In this document: positions 57,159 through 64,000 of the stretch, piece by piece | Position numbering within the stretch: the first letter of the stretch is position 1 | How the letters are laid out: each line of letters opens with the position of its first letter | Assembly: GCA_947626605.1 (NCBI GenBank) | Contig: CANQSV010000002.1 | Span: forward strand, 7,620-71,619 | DNA from: an uncultured Clostridia bacterium | Lineage (GTDB): Bacteria; Bacillota; Clostridia; TANB77; CAG-508 | Direction: 5' to 3' | DNA length: 64,000 nucleotides | Translations under genes and position numbers: made by a program | The notes under the pieces: model-generated | Database searches by the model: none | Seen by the model: only the letters and a program-made list of their open reading frames with translations | What the model was told of the DNA's origin: nothing

Positions 57159-58073
57159 CTATATTTTTGCCTTTTCTATACTTATTCTTCCAATTTTTCC
57201 ACTTCTAAAATCTTCTAATATTATATTAGCAACTTTCTCGTCATCTATATTACCACCAGATACAATAGCTCCTTTTTTCTTTCCAATCATTTTCATAATA
57301 TCATATATATTTTCATTTTCTGCCTGATTTTTATTGTTTAAAATTCCTTGTACTTCTTCTGCATTTAATTTATATCTTTCTATAAGCTTTTCATTATAAT
57401 TTTCTAATAAGATTTTTAATAATGCAAATGCTATCTCTGTTTTAGGTAATATCTCATCTTTAATAGTTCCTGTAAATGATAAATTTAGAGAAACTTCTTC
57501 ACTTTCAAATTTAGGCCATAAAATTCCTGGGGTATCTAAAAGTTCTATATTATTATCAACCCTTATCCATTGTTTTTGCTTTGTTACTCCTGGTTTATTA
57601 CCTACATTTGCTGATGTTTTCTTTGCTAATCGATTTATAAATGATGATTTTCCTACGTTTGGAATTCCTAACACTAGTATTCTAATCTTTTTTCCCGTTC
57701 TACCCTTATCAGCATATTGTTGCATCTCATCTTTTACTGTTCTTTCTATCTCTCTTAATATATTGTTTATTCCGCTTCCAGAATTTGAATCTGTAAGCAC
57801 AGCAGTAATTCCATTTTTCTTAAAAAACTCTACCCATTTTGCATTTTCTTTTTCATCTGATAAATCACATTTATTTAGTGCAATTACTTTTTTCTTACTT
57901 CCTATAATTTCTTTTATATCAGGATTTTGGCTTGATAGCGGAATCCTTGCATCTAGTAATTCTACTACAACGTCTATTAACTTTAAATCCTCTTTAATTT
58001 GTTTTTTTGTTTTTACCATATGGCCAGGGTACCAGTTAATATTCATTTTATTTTCGTTATTCATTTTCTTCAC
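57159..58073 (-). CDS. rbgA: ribosome biogenesis GTPase A (YlqF/RbgA)
   Basis: Circularly permuted GTPase: WYPGHM, NKCDL, GIPNVGKSS, DTPG. The start is probably ATG 58064 or 58046. The track start overlaps the upstream DUF1016 gene. Confidence 0.9.
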   Translation of the reverse strand: MKKMNNENKMNINWYPGHMVKTKKQIKEDLKLIDVVVELLDARIPLSSQNPDIKEIIGSKKKVIALNKCDLSDEKENAKWVEFFKKNGITAVLTDSNSGSGINNILREIERTVKDEMQQYADKGRTGKKIRILVLGIPNVGKSSFINRLAKKTSANVGNKPGVTKQKQWIRVDNNIELLDTPGILWPKFESEEVSLNLSFTGTIKDEILPKTEIAFALLKILLENYNEKLIERYKLNAEEVQGILNNKNQAENENIYDIMKMIGKKKGAIVSGGNIDDEKVANIILEDFRSGKIGRISIEKAKI

Positions 58074-59121
58074 CTTCTTCTTTGGCTAATTCATATAATT
58101 CTTTCTCATCTTTAATTATTTTTATTAGTTCTTCTTTAGAAGGCAAATACGTTAAGTATTTTGATGCATATACATTTTTCACATCATCCCCTAAAGTCAT
58201 TTCTACTACTGCATCATCTTTATCTGCACATAATAATATTCCAATAGGTTCATTTTCTCCTTCAATCATTTGAGTCTTTTTATAATAATTTACATACATT
58301 TGCATTTGTCCAATATCTTGATGCATAAGTTTGCCAATTTTTAAATCAATTATAACAAAACATTTTGCTAAACGATTATAAAAAATTAAATCTGGATAAT
58401 AATATTCTGTACCTACTTTTATTCTTTGTTGACTTGCAACAAAAGAAAAACCCCTACCTAATTCAAGTAAAAATTCAGTCAAATGTGATAACAATGCTTT
58501 TTCTAAGTCTGTTTCTAAATAATTTTTATTTTCTTTAAGTCCTGCAAACTCAAAAATATATGGTGTTTTTAACAATTCTTCTGGCTGTTTTTCTATTAAT
58601 CCTTTTTTAGCATCTTCTATTATTAAATTTTTATCTGGTGATATTAAATATCTATCATAAAGTTTAGTATTGATTTGTCTATTTAATTCTCTATAACCCC
58701 AATTAGATTTAATTGCTTCTTGTTCGTAAAAATCTCTTTCTTCTTTTCTATCTATTCTAATTAGTTCTTGAAAATGTGTCCAAGACAATTCAGTCGGCAC
58801 TGCCGACCAAATTGGATAGAACTCATAAAATTTTCGCATTCTTCTTATACTAACAGAAGAAAAACCACTTCCAAATTCATTCGTAAGTTTACTAGATAAA
58901 ACATCTATTATTTTTTTACCATAACTTGCCTTTGTACTATTTTCGGATAATTCATATGTTATTTTTCCCACATACCAATATACTTCCGTCATTGTAGTAT
59001 CTATATGTTTAAACATTTTTTCTCTAGCAATTATTATTTTATTTCGAATATCTTGATAAATATTTTCAATATTTGTTAATTCATTTTCATTGTTTACTAT
59101 CATTTCATTTTTCTTATCCAC
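58057..59121 (-). CDS. DUF1016/YhcG-like PDDEXK-fold nuclease family protein
   Basis: 354 aa. N-terminal helical region, then a restriction-endonuclease-like core YPDLIFYN...VIIDLKIGK (D...D-x-K). Confidence 0.75.
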   Translation of the reverse strand: MDKKNEMIVNNENELTNIENIYQDIRNKIIIAREKMFKHIDTTMTEVYWYVGKITYELSENSTKASYGKKIIDVLSSKLTNEFGSGFSSVSIRRMRKFYEFYPIWSAVPTELSWTHFQELIRIDRKEERDFYEQEAIKSNWGYRELNRQINTKLYDRYLISPDKNLIIEDAKKGLIEKQPEELLKTPYIFEFAGLKENKNYLETDLEKALLSHLTEFLLELGRGFSFVASQQRIKVGTEYYYPDLIFYNRLAKCFVIIDLKIGKLMHQDIGQMQMYVNYYKKTQMIEGENEPIGILLCADKDDAVVEMTLGDDVKNVYASKYLTYLPSKEELIKIIKDEKELYELAKEEGEENE

Positions 59122-59163
59122 TCAATAATCACCTTTCTTTTTTATTTTTTATCTTTCCTTTTA

Positions 59164-59397
59164 TTATTTTCTAAATTGTTCAGATTCGAACACTTTAAAA
59201 TTTGGATTGTATAGTTCTTTCCAAGCAGTTAGAAAATCTAATGTACTCCTATTACGTAGCCAATTTCTTATAACATCAGCTGCTCGTGATTTATCACTTT
59301 TTGCTTTTGCTATATCAGAAATACAAATATAATCTTTTTCATTCATATTAGTTACATTTACTTTAATATTTTGAACTTCTATTATTTTATTTGACAT
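59164..59397 (-). CDS. KilA-N-like domain protein, N-terminal fragment only
   Basis: 77 aa. DYICISDIAK...IRNWLRNRSTLDFLTAWKELYNPNFK matches the N-terminal half of KilA-N family proteins, which are normally about 250 aa or longer. The frame stops right after this block. Confidence 0.55.
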   Translation of the reverse strand: MSNKIIEVQNIKVNVTNMNEKDYICISDIAKAKSDKSRAADVIRNWLRNRSTLDFLTAWKELYNPNFKVFESEQFRK

Positions 59398-59733
59398 ATA
59401 TTCACCTCAATTTTTGTCAAATTACGAAAGATAAGAATCCAAAAGAATTTTGTGTAATAATATTCCATTAATATAAATTTCCATTTTCTAATAATTTTAT
59501 TTTCTCAGCATTGTTAAGTACATCTAATTGATATCATACCAATTTAATTAGTTTTTTCACACCATTCCGTAACTCTTAATGTGAAAAATTGTTTCATTAT
59601 TAATTCCTAGATGTTCAGCATTTTTATTATATCATAATCATCTTTTTTTATAAAGTCTATTGCTTGAATAAACACATCTTGATATATCAAAATAATAAAA
59701 AAAAAGCTTTATCTTAGATTTCCATAATGTATG

Positions 59734-59762
59734 TTGACATAAAGTTGGCTCTATGTTATAAT
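59734..59762 (+). promoter_or_regulatory. promoter of small-ORF cassette 3 (perfect TTGACA-17-TGtTATAAT)
   Basis: -35 at 59734-59739, a 17-nt spacer, TG at 59754-59755 and -10 at 59757-59762. Confidence 0.6.
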
Positions 59763-59864
59763 TACACAGTCGAGGAATTTATTTCCACATCTGTTGTCTG
59801 AAAGAACTAAGATATCAGATGCCGCATTTGTTCAATTAGTTTATAATTGAAAGAAGGTTTTATT

Positions 59865-60032
59865 ATGGCTGGATTAAGTAATCTTATTGAACTTGCAAGA
59901 GGAGTCTGGAACACATTGGATTCCATTGATAGCTCTATCAATAAGCAGACAGAGTCTATCAACAAGCAGAACGAAATTCTGCTTCGTATTGCAGAATCAA
60001 TGGAAAAATCGGCTAAGAAGAAAGTTGATTAA
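59865..60032 (+). CDS. 55-aa hypothetical coiled-coil-like small protein (cassette 3)
   Basis: ATG 59865 is preceded by GAAAGAAGG. The track ORF starts at an upstream TTG, 59847. Protein: MAGLSNLIELARGVWNTLDSIDSSINKQTESINKQNEILLRIAESMEKSAKKKVD. Hand-counted G+C is about 37%, and AAG/CAG/GAG/TCG/CTG codons are atypical for the host. Confidence 0.55.
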   Translation: MAGLSNLIELARGVWNTLDSIDSSINKQTESINKQNEILLRIAESMEKSAKKKVD

Positions 60033-60046
60033 GCTAATCCCCACTA

Positions 60047-60082
60047 AGCCACCTTAGGATTTATCCTTAGGTGGCTCTTTCT
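60047..60082 (+). terminator. terminator of cassette 3
   Basis: 13-bp stem AGCCACCTTAGGA/TCCTTAGGTGGCT (one mismatch), loop TTTA, then CTTTCT. Confidence 0.7.
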
Positions 60083-60112
60083 ATAAAATTTATATTAATG
60101 CATTTTTCTTAT

Positions 60113-61822
60113 TTAATTATTTGAATTTTTTTCCAAAACCTTATAAATCTTTAGATTATCAAACGTTTCTATCTCTTTAAACTCTACTTCTTTATTATAA
60201 TTTTCTTTTATAAATAATGCTATATTCTTTTTATAATTTTCATATCTTCTGCCAGACCAGTATACATCTCCATCTATTAAATACACATTATCTTTTAAAA
60301 GATCTAACATATTTCCTGACAAATTATATCTATCCTTAAAGTCATAATAATTTTTTGTATACATATCCCATCCACCAATGACTCTCAAATTTGAAAAAGC
60401 TCCTTTAGGTGGCATCTCATATACAGAATAAGCTAAGTATCTAAACTGTAGGGATGGTACTGTATATAAATATACATTTTCTTTGTTTTGGTTAGTATAG
60501 TTAATTAGATCTTGATAATTACTATAGTCTTCAAGTTTATATCCATATTGATATCCATTTCCAACAAATGCAATAGCTAAAACTATTACAAAGTATATAA
60601 TAAATATATTATCGAAATTTATTTTAATTTTGGACTGACTTGTTATAGCTGAATTATAAATCAACAAAGCTGTTCCTAAAATATATTCTGGAATAACCAC
60701 TCTTAACATATTTCTATTAATAATAATAAATAATAAATGCATCAATATAGTTACTATAAATATCAAAATATTTTTTTCCGTATTAGATTTATTCCATAAA
60801 TTATAAATGAAAATACTAATAAAAAAGATAAATAAATATGTATTTACTTCGAAAATATCTGATTCAAAGTCTTGCCTTATTTTACTAAACTTTTTGTTAA
60901 AATTGTATTTACCATCTTTCTGTATTTTATATTCGTATAGCTTTTGCAAGTTTTCTTTTGAATACTTATTCTCATCTCCAAAGTTAAATGTATAGAATAA
61001 ATAATGATCATTAGCTGTCCATCCAATTTCATCAAATATTTCTTTATTTTCTTTATAATCTACAAATGCAATATCTTGTAGATAACCTCTCATTTTGTTA
61101 AATTCCATATAATTTTTGTATAAAGGATTCATATTATAATACAAATTATGTGACACAAAAATTACAATAGCAATTAACATATAACTTAAATAATATTTTG
61201 TTATTCTTAGTATATTATCTTTTGTTCTCTTTTTCTTTACAAGTTCAATTATATATATTAAATAATATATTCCCATAAAAGGTAATATGATTAATAATGA
61301 TTCCATTCGCATCATTACACCTAATGCAAATAAACAAAATATAGCAAGTTTATACTTTTTAGATTTATTTTCTTCTTGTTCAAACAAATCTACTGTAAGA
61401 ATAAACGATGTTAATATCAATAGAGCTGACACTGATGTATACTGTATTAACATCAATAAAATTGTATGAAAAACACTTGCAAAAATAGTATATAATAACA
61501 CTGATATGGTAGTATTATGTTTTTTTATTATTGTATATCCAATTAAAGTAAAACAAATAAATTGCATGCTTAATAAAAATATAGTGTGCCAATTTATAAA
61601 AGAAATTATCCTATATAAAAATCCAATAAACAAACATATAAGAGGATGACAATAAACTCCGTGCAAATTATACGTTCCATCTAGTCCAGAATATAAATTG
61701 TACATTATAAAATCATCCACTTGCTCATATTTCACATCAAATATGATATTGCATAGACAAAAAATTAAAATATTAATAAGTACTATAATAGTAAGCTTAT
61801 TGTTTCTTTTTTTGTGTTTCAT
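60113..61822 (-). CDS. large polytopic membrane protein, possibly a GT-C-fold glycosyltransferase
   Basis: 569 aa. At least 10 hydrophobic helices, an acidic motif (EQVDDF) in the first predicted external loop, and a C-terminal ~130-aa soluble domain. The function is inferred from architecture only. Confidence 0.5.
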   Translation of the reverse strand: MKHKKRNNKLTIIVLINILIFCLCNIIFDVKYEQVDDFIMYNLYSGLDGTYNLHGVYCHPLICLFIGFLYRIISFINWHTIFLLSMQFICFTLIGYTIIKKHNTTISVLLYTIFASVFHTILLMLIQYTSVSALLILTSFILTVDLFEQEENKSKKYKLAIFCLFALGVMMRMESLLIILPFMGIYYLIYIIELVKKKRTKDNILRITKYYLSYMLIAIVIFVSHNLYYNMNPLYKNYMEFNKMRGYLQDIAFVDYKENKEIFDEIGWTANDHYLFYTFNFGDENKYSKENLQKLYEYKIQKDGKYNFNKKFSKIRQDFESDIFEVNTYLFIFFISIFIYNLWNKSNTEKNILIFIVTILMHLLFIIINRNMLRVVIPEYILGTALLIYNSAITSQSKIKINFDNIFIIYFVIVLAIAFVGNGYQYGYKLEDYSNYQDLINYTNQNKENVYLYTVPSLQFRYLAYSVYEMPPKGAFSNLRVIGGWDMYTKNYYDFKDRYNLSGNMLDLLKDNVYLIDGDVYWSGRRYENYKKNIALFIKENYNKEVEFKEIETFDNLKIYKVLEKNSNN

Positions 61823-61968
61823 ATCTTGCTTATTCTCCTTTTTAATAATTTTTATTATTCATGCTTTTATACGTTTAAACACTAAAAAACAAAAATGCCA
61901 ATTAATATATTTTAGATTAATATATTAAATTGGCGTTTATTTTTTTTACTATCTTTTCCTATAATTTA

Positions 61969-62448
61969 TTATAAAGTTCTATAATTATTCTTATCTGCTC
62001 TTTCATCAAGCTCTCTATCATACTCTTCATTTTTATAAAACCAGTCAGTTTTTTTATCTTTTGGATGATTCTTACTGTTTTTATCAAGCAATAATTCTAA
62101 TAGTACAAATAATGGTAAAGCCATTCCTATTGCTGAGAAGAATAATGAAGTTACCTGATCTAATCCAAGAGTAGCTGTTCCTTGTACTATTGGTATTAGG
62201 ATATTATATAGGTCTACGCCAAAATACAGACCATATGAAAATACATATAGTAATCCACCTACTATTTGACGTTTAACAACTAGTATTATACATAATAGTG
62301 TTACAAATAATAATGCAATTTCCATTGTAAAATCCATTGGTTTAACTGCAAAATCTGAATCTAAAGATGCATTTACTGCAACTAATATTCTGAACCCCCA
62401 AAAAAGTATCATAAACATAACTAATAAATAACTCGTTAAATTTTTCAT
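61969..62448 (-). CDS. small integral membrane protein
   Basis: 159 aa. Four hydrophobic helices and a charged tail. No family was recognised. Confidence 0.6.
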   Translation of the reverse strand: MKNLTSYLLVMFMILFWGFRILVAVNASLDSDFAVKPMDFTMEIALLFVTLLCIILVVKRQIVGGLLYVFSYGLYFGVDLYNILIPIVQGTATLGLDQVTSLFFSAIGMALPLFVLLELLLDKNSKNHPKDKKTDWFYKNEEYDRELDERADKNNYRTL

Positions 62449-62470
62449 ATGTACTCCTCCTATTCATTTA

Positions 62471-62507
62471 AAAAAGGAAGGACCTTTTTAATTCCTTCCT
62501 TTTTTTA
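62471..62507. terminator. bidirectional terminator
   Basis: A-run, GGAAGGA...TCCTTCC hairpin, then a T-run. Confidence 0.65.
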
Positions 62508-62520
62508 TTTTTATTATCTT

Positions 62521-63009
62521 TTATAAATTTCCGTAATCTGATATTTTTTTAAATGTAATTACTACAGATACTAGAGCAATTGCTGTTAAGATAAATAATC
62601 CTGTATTATTTAAACCTGTTTGTGGTAAAGAACTATTATCGTTGTTATATACATAGCTATTTCCTGAACTATTATTAGTATCGTTTAAAGTATTATTATA
62701 ATCTGATGTATTGTTTCCTAATAATGTGTTGTTATCTGATGTGTTGTTTCCTAATAGTGTATTGCTATCTGATGTATTATTTCCTAATAGTGTATTACCA
62801 TCTGATGTGTTGTTTCCTAATAGTGTATTACCATCTGATGTATTGTTTCCTAATAGTGTATTACCATCTGATGTATTGTTTCCTAATGCTGTGTTATTAT
62901 CAATTGTATTATTATCTCCTAAATCAATTAAACTAGTTGCTAATGATGACTGAGTCATTAAAACTCCTGCTAATAATAAAATCATAATTCCCAAAACTAT
63001 TTTTTTCAT
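62521..63009 (-). CDS. LPXTG-anchored repeat protein (LLGNNTSDGNT x6)
   Basis: 162 aa. Signal peptide, six 11-aa repeats, then LPQTG, a hydrophobic segment and a basic residue pair. Confidence 0.8.
   Translation of the reverse strand: MKKIVLGIMILLLAGVLMTQSSLATSLIDLGDNNTIDNNTALGNNTSDGNTLLGNNTSDGNTLLGNNTSDGNTLLGNNTSDSNTLLGNNTSDNNTLLGNNTSDYNNTLNDTNNSSGNSYVYNNDNSSLPQTGLNNTGLFILTAIALVSVVITFKKISDYGNL
62703..62900. repeat. six tandem 33-nt repeats inside the LPXTG gene
   Basis: Units run 62703-62735, 62736-62768 and so on up to 62868-62900, with a few substitutions each. The period is in-frame. Confidence 0.9.
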
Positions 63010-63102
63010 ATTACTATCTCCTTAATTCATATTTTAGTATAAACATCTATATATAGTTATACTATATTTTCTGGCAAAAATCAAGTGTTTTTTGCATTTA
63101 TT

Positions 63103-64000
63103 TTAAAAATGTTTGCCTCTTCGTGCTTTTCCACTATTTTTCTCTTGCTCATTTTGTTCTATATCATAATCATTTTGTAATTCTTTTTCTCTTAGCTCGT
63201 TTAAATATTGATTGGAAGCATATGCCTCTTCAGGGACTTCTGTATCCAACATGTCCTTTGCTTCTTCATCTTCTTCTAATTGTTTTTCAAAATCATCTTC
63301 ATGTTTACCTGATTTTATAATTAATACTAAACAAGTTATTGCTATTACTAGTAATATACATATTAATATTACTGGTATTTTATTATCTGCTATTACATTT
63401 CTTTTTTGTGCTGTTGGCTCTCCTGTCTCTCCATGTGTAGATTCTGTTGTTCCAACAGCCTCTTCACTTTGTTTTAATTTATTAACAATTAATTGATATG
63501 TCTTGCTTTCGGATTCATCTTTGGTTTTTACCATAATTGTTACTATGTTTTCACCATCTTCAAAATCTTCATTGTCTATTATTTCTACTTCTGCATCTTT
63601 TATATTAGCTTCAGCTGTTATATCTAATGAAGTAGTATCATTATCTTCTGGTATTTCTATTGTATATGAATATGTATCTTTATCAAACTCTGGAGAAAGC
63701 TCAAATCCTTTAACTTCTAATTTTTTTAAGAATAATTCTCCCTCTTCATTTTCATCATCTTGTATATTGCCTTCCGAATCTTCTTCTATTGATCTTCGCA
63801 CATATAATGTATATGTATTTGTTTCTCCATCTTTAGATACCTGAACATTTATTGTATTTAGTCCTTCATTTATTGGCACTATTCCATTTGAAACTGTAGT
63901 TCCTTTGCATGTTACTTTTGCAGTTGCTCCTGAACTTCCTGTTGCTTTAACTGTTATTTTCTCAACATCGGATTCAACAGATACATTATATGTTGTTGTT
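63103..64000 (-). CDS. cadherin-like beta-sandwich repeat protein with a C-terminal TM anchor (5' end outside the window)
   Basis: The frame stays open upstream of the track start, to the window edge (hand translation ...TTTYNVSVESDVEKITVKATGSSGATAKVTCKGTTVSNGIVPINEGLNTINV...). Repeats of the form LxxLxVxG..LSPEFDKDTYSYT...GEN.V.I.V...YxLxV are followed by a TM and an acidic tail. Confidence 0.8.
   Translation of the reverse strand, partial: TTTYNVSVESDVEKITVKATGSSGATAKVTCKGTTVSNGIVPINEGLNTINVQVSKDGETNTYTLYVRRSIEEDSEGNIQDDENEEGELFLKKLEVKGFELSPEFDKDTYSYTIEIPEDNDTTSLDITAEANIKDAEVEIIDNEDFEDGENIVTIMVKTKDESESKTYQLIVNKLKQSEEAVGTTESTHGETGEPTAQKRNVIADNKIPVILICILLVIAITCLVLIIKSGKHEDDFEKQLEEDEEAKDMLDTEVPEEAYASNQYLNELREKELQNDYDIEQNEQEKNSGKARRGKHF

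Noticed and set aside
59400-59730. Short peptide-like fragments on the minus strand (for example AEHLGINNETIF, reminiscent of an HTH) suggest a decayed gene.
   Set aside because: The fragments are interrupted by stops in every frame and are too short for any family assignment. They are mentioned only as context for the KilA-N/DUF1016 finding.
62703-62900. The six regularly spaced 33-nt repeats could be a CRISPR array.
   Set aside because: The repeats are directly tandem with no spacers. They are in frame inside a signal-peptide/LPXTG ORF and translate to an 11-aa protein repeat.

Overview
This 64-kb window comes from a very AT-rich, endospore-forming Firmicute that looks Clostridia-like. Hand-sampled host CDS are about 25-30% G+C. 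Almost all genes are on the minus strand.

Core content:
- uppP (partial), dpaA, a TPR membrane protein and a plus-strand GerA-type germinant receptor operon.
- The rimP-nusA-ylxR-ylxQ-infB-rbfA-nrnA-truB block.
- LemA/DUF2207, and thrS with a Thr T-box leader.
- A rearranged glycolytic cluster (gap, pgk, tpiA, gpmI, with eno inverted).
- ruvB, a short AlaRS-like gene, a choloylglycine hydrolase, five tRNAs (Gln, Phe, Asp, Val, Glu), mrnC and rbgA.

Accessory content:
1. A membrane-tethered sigma factor, a YfbK-like VWA protein, an orphan ORF and a PP2C phosphatase.
2. A roughly 17-kb surface-protein island next to tRNA-Gln. It holds a sortase, an LPXTG-anchored cohesin-like protein, a dockerin-bearing protein and three tandem paralogous 1382-1716 aa adhesins that share an unassigned domain.
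3. A three-gene insertion (membrane protein, Nudix hydrolase, Gmk-like kinase) inside the glycolytic operon, plus a DUF600 immunity-like orphan.
4. A KilA-N fragment and a DUF1016 nuclease fused to the rbgA operon.
5. A second surface locus: a GT-C-like membrane protein, an LPXTG protein made of 33-nt repeats, and a cadherin-like protein.

The least explained signals:
- Three stand-alone plus-strand small-gene cassettes, each a near-consensus promoter, strong SD, a 54-97 codon ORF and a GC-clamped terminator. Their G+C and codon usage are visibly non-host.
- A 182-nt whole-length imperfect palindrome between two divergent promoters.
- A family of GC-rich stem-loops, including a 27-nt motif present twice with a compensatory stem change.

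No CRISPR array, rRNA, transposase, integrase or reverse transcriptase was seen. All family assignments rest on motif recognition by eye, not database searches.
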